This document shows, piece by piece, positions 49,801 to 62,703 of a DNA stretch of 64,000 nucleotides. The notes beneath the pieces are model-generated. The model ran no database searches, had not been told where the DNA came from, and saw only the letters and a program-made list of their open reading frames with translations. Source of the stretch: Squalus acanthias. Taxonomy: Eukaryota. The first letter of the stretch is position 1. Each line of letters begins with the position of its first letter. Where the stretch lies: assembly GCA_030390025.1 (NCBI GenBank), contig CM059432.1, positions 140,122,001 through 140,186,000 on the forward strand, read 5' to 3'. The position numbers were made by a program, and so were the translations under genes.

Positions 49801-50819
49801 ATCTGAAAGACGGCACCCCCAACAGTGCAGCACTCCCTCAGCACTGCACTGGGAGTGTCAGCCTGGATTTTGTGCTCAAATCTCTGGAATGGGACTTAAA
49901 CCCATGACCTTCTGGCTCAGAGGTGAGAGTGCTACCCACTGAGCCACGGCTGAACACCCATTTTACCTCCTACCAACGATAGTTTGCAAGAATCTATTCC
50001 AGTTTCACTTTAATACAACTGGGTGCTGTTTTCACTCACAATTAAATATTATAGTGTGCTTTAAGCTGAGTGCTCACTTTCCAAATGACAATCAATGGCG
50101 AGTTTCAGTTTGTGAATTGTGACCTCTTGATATACAGACCGGAAACACACACACACACACACACACATCAAAGAGAGATGGTCTTCACTATCAGCTTTAT
50201 TTCTGAACTCGTGAATAACAGGAAAACAAACAAAATGTCAGGGTGATGGATTGAGGGGAATTGCAATTCACTTATAGACGACACATCTTGTAATTACCCC
50301 ACAAATAGACCAGGCTGACATGTCCTAATCTCTTATCAAGATACCAAAGAACTATTGCATTGTCTCGAGTAAAAGATCCTGAGGGCTGTTTCCTTTACCC
50401 TATAGTGCAGCACGTTATAGCTCAGTGAGCAGGGCATTGCTGATCTTTTCAAGTAGCTGTAGTCAATGGACAGCTTTAATTAACATTTCACCTTGCCAAG
50501 GAGCTAACACAGTGCCTTTAAATTAAAGGGGAAGTCGATTTTACCGAATCCGAACATAACAGTCCCCAATAAAAAGGGAAACTGCTGGAAATACACAGCA
50601 GCTCCATCAGCATTGATTGCAAACAGAATCGATGGGTGAACATATTTGATCTAGATTGGAATGTAATCCCACGTTAAAAGAGGGAGATGCCTTTATATTT
50701 ATTGGTATTGTTCAAAGTTGTCTTGCCACCATGTTTTATGCTTAAAACTGTGTGTCAGAAGGAATAGATATTTCGTTTGGTTCTGTCCTGATGTGGCATT
50801 GCCAATGTTTGTTTCAGTA

Positions 50820-51282
50820 AAGAAAGGAAAAAGTTACGTTTATATATAGCACGTTTCACAACCTCAGGACATCCCAAAGCGTTTTACAGCCAATGAAGTA
50901 CTTTTGAAGTGTAGTTGTAATGTAAGAAACGCAGCAGCCAAATTGCGTGCACCAAAGTCCCACAAACAGCAATGTGATAATGACCAGATAATCTGTTTTT
51001 TAGTGATGTTGGTTGAGGGATAAATATTGGTCCAGGACACCGGGGAGATCTTCCCTGGCTCTTCTTCGAAATAGTGCTGTGCGATCTTTTATGCCCACCT
51101 GAGAGGGCAGACCTCAGTTTAACGTCTCATCCGAAAGACGGCACCTCTGAAAGTGCGGCACTCCCTCAGTACTGCACTGGGAACATCAACCCAGATTATG
51201 TGCTCAAGTCTCTGGAGTTGGACTTGACCTACAACCTTCTGACTCAGAAGTAAGAGTGCTACCCACTGAGCCACGGCTGACA
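50820..51282 (-). mobile_element. Deu-domain SINE
   Basis: Complete head, core and tail. Confidence 0.85.
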
Positions 51283-52144
51283 GTAGAATTATGAATGAAG
51301 GATTGTAATTGTCCCTTCTCATGACGGCAATAGAATGGAACTTTACAATGTCATATTAGGGAAGATTTATAGAAAAGGTCAGATCTCAGGGCACCTGTAA
51401 CCTGCTGTTTTAAAACATAAAACAGGGAGACAACATGACGCAATCACCGGGAATTTCCCCGGGGGCTTATCCCAATTGATAATAGCGGAAACCCTGTTTA
51501 TGTGTCTAGCCTGGATTTCTGCTGATGTTCCGTCAAAGTTAACTGTAATGATAATTTTCTTTATAACATTTAGGGCAATGTGACAAATCGATTGAATGCA
51601 CTTTCCTTTAAAATAAACTTTGAAAACTAGACTATAACATCTGAGGTTAGCACGTCACTTAGAAGGATTACTTAATTTACCTTAAAAGGATACACCGCCT
51701 ATTTAAAAGAGAAAATACAGGACTTGAACACTCGCACATTTTTGTTGAAGCAATCTTTAGTTATTTCCCCCTCACAAAGGTGACATGTGCATTTCTAGAA
51801 CTGCTACCAGCTTAAATGTTAGTAAATTAATGAAAATTTGTGTTTGGGCATGCGCAGTGCCTTTCAAAAGGACATATTTACCGAAACAAAGAAGAAGTGA
51901 TTTAAACCTACAAATTCAGCAAATATTGCATTGCAGAAATTTACATCCGCCATAAAACCAAGTTCCCAGCACAGTTAACATGGTGTCGTTACTTTACACA
52001 CCGGGCTGCCCCTAGCTTTGATAGACATCGAGCGTGGCCCACATCTCATTGAGTTAATGACAGCCCTTTAAATCATTGGCTTTCAAACAAGGGCTTTTGA
52101 GGTTATCAGATTTCTGAACTTTTGTGTTTCTGTTGACTTGCTAG

Positions 52145-52377
52145 CCTCTGTTTTCATTATGGCATACTAATAAAATTACCTTCTGTAGTGTTTTCCTTCT
52201 GGTAGCTGATACTGTCTTTCAATAATTTTTCTTTTAAAAATTAGGACAGGGGCTCCCCTACAAATACCGACACACTTCCAGGGAGCCCCTGTCCTATTTT
52301 TGAAAGACAGTACCAGATGCCAAAAGGAACCAGTACAGAGAGCATTTTTTTATTAGTATACAGTAATGAAACAGAGG
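52145..52377. repeat. About 230-bp imperfect palindrome (foldback element)
   Basis: Perfect 16-bp inner stem TAGGACAGGGGCTCCC (52242-52257) / GGGAGCCCCTGTCCTA (52281-52296) with a 23-nt loop. Arms align outward through TACTGTCTTTCAA, ATACTAATAAAA and CCTCTGTT. Confidence 0.85.
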
Positions 52378-52654
52378 TTCATTGTCATTTAAAGCTCACT
52401 GCTTTCAATTACAATTAACCTTGTGACTTACGAAGATGTGAAACTTTTTCAAAAACTTTCCTTCTTTGTTGTCCAGCTCAGTGGGGCTGCCCTTGCATGG
52501 TTCCACTCTTACCTATCCAGTCGTAGCCAGAGTATCTCCAGGAATTGCCTCTCTCCCTGCTCCCACACCGTTACCTCTGGAGTTCCCCCAAGGATCTATC
52601 CTTGGCTCCCTCATTGACCTCATCTACATGCTGGCCCTTGATGACCATAGTGCC

Positions 52655-53100
52655 AGTCGTGGATCAGTGGGTGGCAATCTCGCCTCTGCGCCTGAAAGTC
52701 ATGGGTTCAAGCTCCACACCAGAGACTTGACCACATAATCTAGGCTGACGCTTCCTGTGGTGCACTGTTGGAGGTGCAGTCTTTTGGATGAGACGTCAAA
52801 CCAAGGCCCTCTCAGTGGGCATACAAATATCCCATGGTACAATTTTGAAGAAGAGCGGGGGAGTACCCCCCGTGTCCTGGCCAATATTTAACTCTCATTT
52901 AACATTATTGAAAAAACACAGATGATCTGGTCATTATCACATTGCTGTTGTGGGAGCTTGCTGTGTGCAAATTGGCTGGCATGTTTCCCACATTACAACA
53001 ATGACTACACTTCAAAAATACTTTGTTCATCGGCTGTAAAGCACTTTGAGACGTTCTGAGGTCATGAAAGGTGCTGTAGAAACGCAAGTTCTTTCTTTCT
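52655..53100 (+). mobile_element. Deu-domain SINE (diverged), between L2 fragments
   Basis: Head, core and tail recognisable. L2-like sequence at 52440-52640 and 53105-53310. Confidence 0.75.
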
Positions 53101-53639
53101 TACAGGATCAACGTGTATGTTGATGACACTCAGCTCCAGCCTCTTCACCACCTGTCTCGACCTAACCACTGCATCGATGTTGTCAAACTGCTGGCCCGGA
53201 CCTCCAGTCTTGGATGAGCCATAATTTCCTCCAGCTACACATTGGGAAAACCAAAGCCATCGATTTTGGCCCTCGTCACCACTCCGTGTCCTTGCCACCA
53301 ATTCCATCCCCTGTTTAGAACCTATTCATCCTGGGCAGTGCCAGGGATAGGCAGCTGTGCCATTGAGTGGGGGCAGAAAAGCCAATGCTGCCACAGGTCT
53401 TAAAGGGCTAAGGCAGTTAAAGGGGAAATGCGCATTCCCTTGCTGAAAGGGGAGAAGCACCAGCAGGATCAGTGCGCAAAGTGCCTTAAATCCCGGCGAA
53501 ATTTCCGCAGAAGTGTGGTCCAGGAAATTCAGGGCCCTCGGGTCAGCAGGTTGACAGATGGTAACGACAGAGAACCCTTTTGCCAATGCCAGTCCTTCTA
53601 ATTTTCTTGCAGGAGAAGCCCGCCCACAATAAAAAGGAG

Positions 53640-54505
53640 ATAAACAACAACAACTTGTATTTATACAGTGCCTTTAACATAGTAAAATGTCCAAAAAAGA
53701 GAAAAAAAGAAAGACTTGCATTTATATAGCGCCTTTCACGATCACCGGACGTCTCTAAGCGCTTTACAGCCAATGAAGTACTTTTTGAAATGGAGTCACT
53801 GTTGTAATGTGGGAAATGCGGCAGCCAATTTGCGCACAGCAAGCTCCCACAAACAGCAATGTGATAATGACCAGATAATCTGTTTTCTTATGTTGGTTGA
53901 GGGTTGAATATTGGCCAGGACACCGGGGATAACTCCCCTGCTCTTCTTCGATATAGTGCCATGGGATCTTTTACGTCCACCTGAGAGAGCAGACGGGGCC
54001 TCGGTTTAACGTCTCATCCGAAAGACAGCACCTCCGACAGTGCAGCACTCCCTCAGCACTGCACTGGAGTGTCAGCCTGGATTATGCGCTCAAGTCCCTG
54101 GAGCGGGACTTGAACCCACAACCTTCTGACTCAGAGGCGAGTGTGCTACCAACTGAGCCACGGCTGACCCAGGCACTTCACAGAAGCGTTATCAAACAAA
54201 ATTTGACACCGAGCCACATAAGGAGAAATTAGGGTAGATGACCAAAAGCTTGGTCAAAGAAATAGGTTTTAAGGAGCGTCTTAAAGGAGTAAAGAGAGGT
54301 GGAGAGGCTGAGAGATTTAGGGAGGGAATTCCAGAGCTTAGGGCCCAGACAGCTGAAGGCACGGCCGCCAATGGTGGCGTGATGAAAATCGAGGATGCTC
54401 AAGAGGCCAGAATTGTAGGAGTGCAGAGATCTCAGAGGGTTCTAGGGCTGGAAGAGTTTACAGAGATAGGGAGGGGCGAGGCCCGGGACGGATTTGAAAA
54501 CAAGG
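53640..54505 (-). mobile_element. L2 3' fragment split by a full-length Deu-SINE (about 53705-54168)
   Basis: L2 tail at 53643-53692 resumes at about 54169 (CCAGGCACTTCACAG). Confidence 0.85.
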
Positions 54506-54584
54506 AAGTGCATAGGAGGAGATGTTGCCAGAATTTCACTGCTTATGAAGGAGCTGCACTAGAAATCTTGGGACAGGGACAATA

Positions 54585-56515
54585 CGAAGGACTAAAAAAA
54601 TAATAAAGAGAGAGAAGATGACTTATGAGAGTAAGCTGGCATGAAACATTAAAACAGATAGTAAGAGCTTCTACAGGTATATAAAAAGGAAGAGGGTAGC
54701 TAAAGTAAATGTTGGTCCCTTAGAGGATGAGACTGGGGAATTAATAATGGGGAACGGGGAAATGGCAGAGACTCTGAACAAATATTTTGCATCTGTCTTC
54801 ACTGTAGAAGACACTAACAACATCCCAATCATGGATAATCAAGGGGCCACAGGGAGTGGGGAACTAAAGACAATCACTATCACTAAGGAAATAGTACTTG
54901 GAAAAATAATGGGACTAAAAGACGACAAGTCCCCTGGACCAGATGGCCTGCATCCCAGGGTCTTAAAAGAAGTGGCTGCAGAGATAGTGGATGCATTGGT
55001 TGCAATATACTAAAATTCCCTGGACTCTGGAGAGGTCCCAGCGGATTGGAAAACCGCTAATGTAACACCCCTATTTAAGAAAGGAGGGAGACAGAAAACA
55101 GGAAACTATAGACCAGTTAGCCTAACATCTGTCGTTGGGAAAATGCTGGAGTTCTTCATTAAGGAAGCAGTAGCAGGGCATTTAGAAAAACATACAGCAG
55201 TCAAACAGAGTCAGCATGGTTTTAGGAAAGGGAAATCATGTTTAACAAATTTGCTGGAGTTCTTTGAGGATGTAACAAGCAGGGTGGACAAGGGTGAGCC
55301 AGTGAATGTGGTGTATTTGGATTTCCAGAAGGCATTCGATAAGGTGCCACATAAAAGGTTACTGCATAAGATAAGAGCTCACGGAGTTGGGGGTAATATA
55401 TTAGCATGGATAGAGAATTGGCTAACTAACAGAAAGCAGAGAGTCGGGATAAATGGGTCATTTTCTGGTTGGCAAACGGTAACTAGTGGGGTGCCACAAG
55501 GATCGGTGCTGGGGCCCCAACTATTTACAATCTACATTAATGACTTGGATGAAGGGATCGAGTGTAATGTAGCCAAGTTTGCGGATGATACAAAGATGGG
55601 TGGGAAAGCAAGTTGTGTAGAGGACTCAAAGAATCTGCAAAGGGATATAGACAGGCTAGGTGAGTGGGCAAACATTTGGCAGATGGAGTATAATGTGGGA
55701 AAGTGCGAGGTTATCCACTTTGGCAGGAAAAATAAAAAAGCAAACGATTATTTAAATGGAGAGAGATTACAAAATGCTACAGTTCAGAAGGACCTGGGGG
55801 TCCTTGCACATGAAACACAAAAAGTTAGCATGCAGGTACAGCAAGTAATCAAAAAGGCAAATGGAATGTTGGCCTTTATTTCAAGGGGGTTGGAGTATAA
55901 AAGCAGGGAAGTCCGACTACAACTGTACAAGGTATTGGAGAGACCACACCTTGAGTACTGCGTACAGTTTTGGTCTCCTTATTTAAGGAAGGATATACTT
56001 GCATTGGAGGCAGTTCAGAGACGATTCACTAGGTTAATTCCAGAGATGAGGGGTTTGACTTATGAGGAAAGGTTGAGCAGGCTGGGCCTATACTCATTGG
56101 AATTTAGAAGAATGAGAGGTGATCTTATCGAAACATATAAGATACTGAGGGGGCACGACAGGGTAGATGCAGAGAGGATGTTGCTCCTCATGGGGAAATC
56201 TAGAACTCGGGGGCACAGTCTCAGAATAAAGGGTCGCCCTTTTAGAACTGAGATGAGGAGGAACTTCTTCTCTCAGAGGGTCGTAAATTTGTGGAATTCT
56301 CTGCCCCAGAGAACTGTTGAGGCTGGGTCATTAAATACATTTAAGGTGGAGATAGACAAATTTTTGCAAGATAAGGGAGTGAAGGGTTATGGGGAGCGGG
56401 CTGGGAAGTGGCTTTGAGCCCAAGATCAGCCATGATCTTATTGAATGGCGAAGCAGGCTCGAGGGGCCAAGTGGCCTATTCCTGCTCCTATTTCTTATGT
56501 TCTTATGTTCTTATG
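54585..56515 (+). mobile_element. CR1 LINE, about 1.9 kb, 5'-truncated, with RT domain
   Basis: KSPGPDGLHPRVLKE, premature TAA at 55011-55013, then [36 protein letters not shown] and KFADDTK to the stop at 56417. (TTCTTATG)n tail. Confidence 0.93.
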
Positions 56516-57140
56516 AAGCAGGGAAGGCAAAACCTGGAGGCCTGTTCCCAGATGCGGAAGTGTGTACAACTTTTCAGTTTTAACAGTCACAACAGTTCTT
56601 ATTATTAACTCAGTGAAGAAAAATAAATGACGGCTACCCAGCATGTAGCTGTTATGATGTGGTTCAGAAGCCCTGCTAGCAAAGCGTGAAATCAAAGCAA
56701 AAAAGTTAATTGAGTGCAGGTAACTCCAACTAATTTCACATAATGAGAAGCAAAAGAATTGGCCTTGAGCTTGGAAAACATGACATCCAGCTTCATGGCT
56801 TTGTTTTAGATCTTGAGGTACTCCCTCATTTGGTTCAAATCCTTATGCCCGAAAGCATTGGCTCAGTTTTTTTTATTGCATAAATAATAACCAGGTTCAC
56901 CACCATAGGGACGGGCAGATCCAGTCCTGACAGATGGGATAAGTGTCTATTCTGTCTGCTGACTGCAAGAGTTTTAAGTGAAATGAGTCCGGACAGCCTC
57001 TCTCCTGTTCCTAGGGGCCATCAATATAAGATAGTCACTAATAAATCCAACTGGGAATTCAGGAGAAACTTCTTTACCCAGAGAGGGATTAGAATGTGGA
57101 ACTCGCTACCACCTAAAAGAAAGAACTTACATTTATATAG

Positions 57141-57599
57141 AATTAACAGCAGAAAACGCTGGAAAAACTCAGCAGGCCAGGCAGCATCCGTGGAGAGAGA
57201 AACAGAGTTAACGTTTCAGGTCGAAGACCTTTCGTCAGAACTGGAAAAAGCAGGAAATGAAATAGATTTAAAGCAAGTATAAAGCTGGGAAAAGGGGGAG
57301 GGGATGAAAGAACAAAAGGAGAGATTAAGAGACATTAAGAGATGATCAAGGCAAGAGGAGGTGTTAATGTGACAGGTTGAGGCTAAAAGAAGTGTGAAAT
57401 GCACTGGCAGAATGAAGGACAGCTGCCAGCTTCTGGGGGAAAAAAAGGGGGGGGGGCCAAACAAAAGGGTGGATAAAAAAATAAATAAATAAATAAATAA
57501 AATATAAATGTGATAGGGGCTAGGTTATGATCTAAAATTGTTGAACTCGATATTGAGTCCAGAGGGCTGTAGGGTGCCTAAACGAAAGATGAGGTGCTG
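57141..57599 (-). mobile_element. Penelope-like element 3' fragment (family B) with 14-bp TSD, inserted in a SINE tail
   Basis: Minus strand 57599-57525 reads QHLIFRLGTLQPSGLNIEFNNFRS*, consistent with a GIY-YIG C-terminus. TTACATTTATATAG is duplicated at 57127-57140 and 57600-57613. Confidence 0.85.
57206..57242 (-). ncRNA. Minimal type I hammerhead ribozyme motif (PLE family B)
   Basis: AGUU-CUGACGA-A-AGGUC-UUC-GACCU-GAAA-CG-UU-AACU, with a perfect 5-bp stem II. Confidence 0.8.
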
Positions 57600-57999
57600 T
57601 TACATTTATATAGCGTCTTTCACAACCTCAGGATGTCTCAAAGCGCTTTACAGCCAATCAAGTACTTTTTGAAGTGAAGTGAAGGGCTAATAGCAGGGGA
57701 GTCCTGGCCAATATTTATCCCTCAATTAAAATCACTAAAAAACAGAATATCTGGTCACTTGTGGAAGCTTGCTGTGCTGCATTTCCCTACATTACAACAA
57801 TGACTACATTTCAAAAGTACTTCATTGGTTGCAAAGCGCTTTGTGACGTCCTGAGGACATGAAAGGCGCTATAGAAATGCAAATTCTTTCTTTTTTAATA
57901 ATCTGTGATACAATCAAACCTTAGTTCAAATAGATTGCTTTCCACAAGAAAATCCATTTCCATGCATTGTATTGCATTGCGCATCCTATTAATTGCATA

Positions 58000-58471
58000 A
58001 AGAAAGAAAGACTTGCATTTCTATAACGCCTTTCACGACCACCAGACGTCTCAAAGCGCTTTACAGCCAATGAACTACTTTTGAAGTGGAGTCACTGTTG
58101 TAATGTGGGAAACGCGGCAGCCAATTTGCACACAGCAAGCTCCCACAAACAGCAATGTGATAATGACCAGATAATCTGTTTTTGTGATGTTGGTTGAAGG
58201 ATAAATACTGGCCAGGACACCTGGGATAACTCTCCTGCTCTTCTTCGAAATAGTGCCATGGGATCTTTTACGTCCGCCTGAGAGAGCAGATGGGGCCTCA
58301 GTTTAACACGTCTCATCCGAAAGACGGCACCTCTGACAGTGCAGCACTCCCTCAGCACTGCACTGGGAGTGTCAACTGAGCTCTATGGGCTCAAGTCCCT
58401 GGAGTGGGACTTGAACCCACGACCTTCTGACTCAGAGGCGAGTGTGCTACCCACTGAGCCACAGCTGACAC
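58000..58471 (-). mobile_element. Full-length Deu-domain SINE
   Basis: Head, Deu core and tail all present. Confidence 0.88.
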
Positions 58472-58627
58472 AGCATAAGATCAAAGTTGACATATAGGTA
58501 ATTTATTTGACCATACTTTCAGTCATCTGAACTAAAAAAAATGTAAAGGTTCATGTAGCTTTTTTGAGGAATTGCATTGATGCTGAAAAAGAGGCAGAAT
58601 CAAGCACCAAAGTCCACAGTCTTAAGT

Positions 58628-59085
58628 AAGAACATAAGAACATAAGAATTAGGAGCAAAAGGAGCCCCTCGAACCTGCTCCACCATTCAATAAGATCAGA
58701 ACTGATCTTCGACCTCAACTCCACTTTCCCGCCCAACCCCATATCCCTTGATTCCCCTAGAGTTCAAAAATGTGGCTATCTCAGCCTTGAATATACTCAA
58801 CGACTGAGCATCCACAGCCCTCTGGGGTAGAGAATTCCAAAGATTCGCAACCCTCTGAGTGAAGAAATTCCTCCTTAAATGGCCAACCCCTTATCCTGAG
58901 ACTATGCCCCCTAGATCGAGACTCTCCAACCAGATGAAACAACCTCTCAGCATCTACCCTGTCAAGCCTCGTCAGAATCTTACATGTTTCAATCAGATCA
59001 CCTCTTATTCTTCTAAACTCCAGAAAGTATTGGTCCATTCTACTCAATCTTTCCTCATAGGACAACTATCTTATCCCAGGAATCA
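58628..59085 (-). mobile_element. CR1 LINE 3' fragment
   Basis: SYEERLSR..LEFRRIRGDLIET and a (CATAAGAA)n tail. Confidence 0.85.
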
Positions 59086-59644
59086 AGTAGATCAATAAAT
59101 GTGAGCAATGCTGAAAAATGGCCAAAAAAAGTTTGTCTGAATGCTGAAAAGGCATTTTCTTTCAGATGAAAGGTTGGACATCCGAATTTAAGAGATTGAT
59201 GCATACTGAGAATGAATTATTGAATAAAGGGAAATTCAGAGCGTCTCACCTACAGATCAGCCATGATCTAATTGAATGGCGGAATAGGCTGGAGGGGCTG
59301 AATGACTTACTCCTGTTCCTATTTTCCTGTGTTCCCATGTCGAGGCTAACAAATAAAGCTGTCTATTTTTCTGAAAGTTAATGTAGTGTGAAGATAGGGC
59401 GCTCTAAACCCAACATTGTCTTTCTGGGCAAGGAGGTTCAGTGCGACACCATAGTTACCAGAGTTCAGGAGGGGCATGGTCCTCTGGAGTCTCAAGCTGT
59501 GCAGTCCCCACAGTAACAGGACCACCTTCCTCAGCCACTGCCACCTCTACCTGCACAGGTTCCTTAAGAGCTGCTTTTACATTGCAACCCAAGTGTTGGG
59601 AGAGCGACTCTGCTCTCCTGCCTTTATTTCCCAGTTGTGCAGCT

Positions 59645-60634
59645 GATCTATATCAATGATTTGGATGAGGGGACTAAATGTAACATTTCCAAATTTGCTG
59701 ATGACACAAAGCTAGGTGGCAGTGTCAGTTGCGAAGAGGATGTGAAGCGGCTTCAAGGGGATCTTGACAGGCTCAGTGAGTGGGCGAGAACATGGCAGAT
59801 GGATTATAATGTGGATAAATGTGAAGTTATCCACTTTGGTAGAAAAAACAGAAAGGCAGAGTATTTCCTAAATGGTGAAAGATTGGGGAATGCAGATGCT
59901 CAAAGGGACCTGGGTGTCCTTGTACATGAGTCACTGAAAGTGAATGTGCAGGTGCAGCAAGCCATTAGGAAGGCAAATGGTATGCTGGCCTTCATTACAA
60001 GAGGATTTGAGTACAGGAGTAAAGAAGTCTTACTCCAATTATATAGGGGCTTGGTGAGACCACACCTGGAGTACTGTGTACAATTTTGGTCTCCTTACCT
60101 AAGGAAGGATATATTTACCATAGAGGGAGTGCAACGAAGGTTCACGAGATTAATTCCTGGGATGGCGGGACTGTCGTATGAGAAGAGATTGAGTAAACTA
60201 GGCCTGTATTCTCTTGAATTCAGAAGAATGAGAGGGGATCTCATTGAAGCATACAAAATTATTACAGGGCTTGATAGGGTGGATGCTGGGAGAATGATTC
60301 CCTTGGCTGGGGAGTCTAGAACCAGGGGCCACAGCCTCAGGATAAAGGGTAGACCCATTCAGGACTGAGATGAGACGAAATTTCTTCACACAGAGGGTGG
60401 TGAATCTTTGGAATTCTCTACCCCAGAGGGCTGTGGAGGTTCAGTCATTGGGTATATTCAAAACAGGAGTTGATAGATTTCTGACTAGTAAGGGCATCAA
60501 GGGATATGGCGATAAGGCCGGTGAATGGAATTGAGGCAGAAGATCAGCCATGATCTCATTGAATGGCGGAGCAGGCTCTAAGGGCCGAATGGCCTACTCC
60601 TGCTCCTATTTCTTATGTTCTTATGTTCTTATGT
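59645..60634 (+). mobile_element. 5'-truncated CR1 LINE
   Basis: IYINDLDEGTKCNISKFADDTKLGG through SRTRGHSLRIKG, frameshift near 60355, (TTCTTATG)n tail. Confidence 0.92.
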
Positions 60635-60849
60635 CTCCATGTGCACCATCTAGAAGACGACTATCATTATGTAATACACAGACTGGCTGTGACTGTTCGG
60701 CCATGTTTTCCTGGCTGCCTGTCTCATAAAATCGGTAAGTTTAGCTTGATTTTGGCATCGGCGGAGCAACACTTATACATCGGGAGCTAACAACATGAGA
60801 TCAACATAAAAACAGCTGAAACTATTCCGGAGGTTCTCCTATAGAGAAC

Positions 60850-62430
60850 ATTTGCTGCTGAAACCCCTCATCTGTATTTTTACCTCTGGTCTCGACTATT
60901 CCAATGCTCTGATGGTCGGCCTCCCACCTTCCACCCTCCGCAAACTTCGGCTCATCCAAAACTCTGCTGCCCATATCCTAACTCGCACCGAGTCCCGTTC
61001 ACCCATCACCCCTGTGCTCGCTGACCTACATAGCTAGCTGGCTTCAAGACAGAAAGCAGAGAGTAGGGGTAAAGGTAGCTATTCACAGTGGCAGAAGGTG
61101 GGTAGTGGTGTTCCACAAGGTTCAGTGCTGGGACCACTGCTGTTCACAATTTACATTAACGATTTAGACTTTGGAATCAAAAACACAATTTCTAAATTTG
61201 TGGATGACACCAAATTGGCGGGGGGGGGGGGGCGGGGGGGTGGTGGATAGATAATACTGAGGAGGACTGCAACAAATTACAGGAGGACATTAATAAACTT
61301 GCAGAATGGGCATATAATTGACAAATGAAATTCAACACAGATAAATGTGAGGTATTACATTTTGGTAGGAAGAATAGGGAGGTCACTTATCACTTGGAGG
61401 GTGCGAGTCTAGGTGTGGAGAGGAACAAAGGGATCTCGGAGTACAAATACACAAATCACTAAAAGTTGCGACACAGGTTAGCAAGGCCATAAAAAAAAGC
61501 AAACCAAGCACTAGGTTTTATTTCTAGAGGTTTAGAATTGAAAAGTAGGGAAGTTATGCTAAACTTGTATCGAACCCTGGTTAGACTACACTTAGAGTAC
61601 TGCGTACAGTTCTGGTCGCCATATTAGAAAAAGGATATAGAGGCACTGGAGAGGGTGCAGAGAAGATTTACAAGGATGATGCCAGAAATGCGAGGGTATA
61701 CATATCAGGAAAGGGTGAACAGGCTGGGTCTCTTTTCTCTTGAAAAAAGAAGGCTGAGGGGTGACCTAATAGAGGTCTTTAAAATTATGAAAGGTTTTGA
61801 TAGAGTGGATACAGAGAGAATGTTTCCACTTGTGGGGAAGAGCATAACTAAAGGCCATCAATATAAGATAGTCACCAAGAAATCCAATAGGAAATTCAGA
61901 AGTAACTTTTTTACCCAAAGAATGGTGAAAATGTGGAACTCGCTACCACAGGGAGTAGTTGAAGCGAATAGTACGAATGCATTTAAGGGGAGGCTAGACA
62001 AGCATATGAGGGAAAATGTAATAGAAGGTTATGCTGATAGATTTAGATGAGGAAAGACGGGAGGAGGCTCGAGTGAAGCATAAACGCCAGCATAGACTGG
62101 TTGGGCCGAATGGCCTGTTTCTGTGCCGTATATCCTATGTAATCCTATTTAATGCTATGTAATACATTGGCTCCCGGTCTAGCAACGTCTCAAATTTAAA
62201 ATTCTCATCCTCGTGTTCAAATCCCTCCATGGCCTCGCCCCCTCCCTATCTCTGTAACCCCCTCCAACCCTCTGAGGTCTCTGCGTTCCTCCAATTTTGG
62301 CCTCTTGCGCACCCCTGATTTCCATTGCCCCACCATTGGTGGCCGTGCCTTCAGCTGCCTAGGCTTAGCCTAAGCTCTGTAATTCCCTCCCTAAACCTCT
62401 CCACCTCTTTCCCTCTCTCTCTTCCTTTAA
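60850..62430 (+). mobile_element. L2 fragment (60850-61032 / 62165-62430) split by a CR1 fragment (about 61045-62160)
   Basis: L2 ...CTGACCTACAT resumes as TACATTGGCTCCCGG. The insert has [17 protein letters not shown] and LFSLEKRRLRGDL. Confidence 0.85.
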
Positions 62431-62703
62431 GCCTGCACGACAAAGTTGTTGTGGCTTTCCTGCCACCTAGACAACCTAGTTGGAAGTTGTTGTTGTAGCG
62501 ATGAATCCAAACCCCCCGTCCAGTAGCCTCAGGAACCTGTGACATGCCTCAGCCAGATACTGTACAAAAATAGATTCATCCAGACAAATCCCTTATGACA
62601 AAAGACTGACCAGGACTCCCTGAACATTCATTATCCTAAACCAGATGTCGGTCAAGTGGTTAAGTCCACACATTTATAGGCTGACCTCACCAAATAAATG
62701 AAA

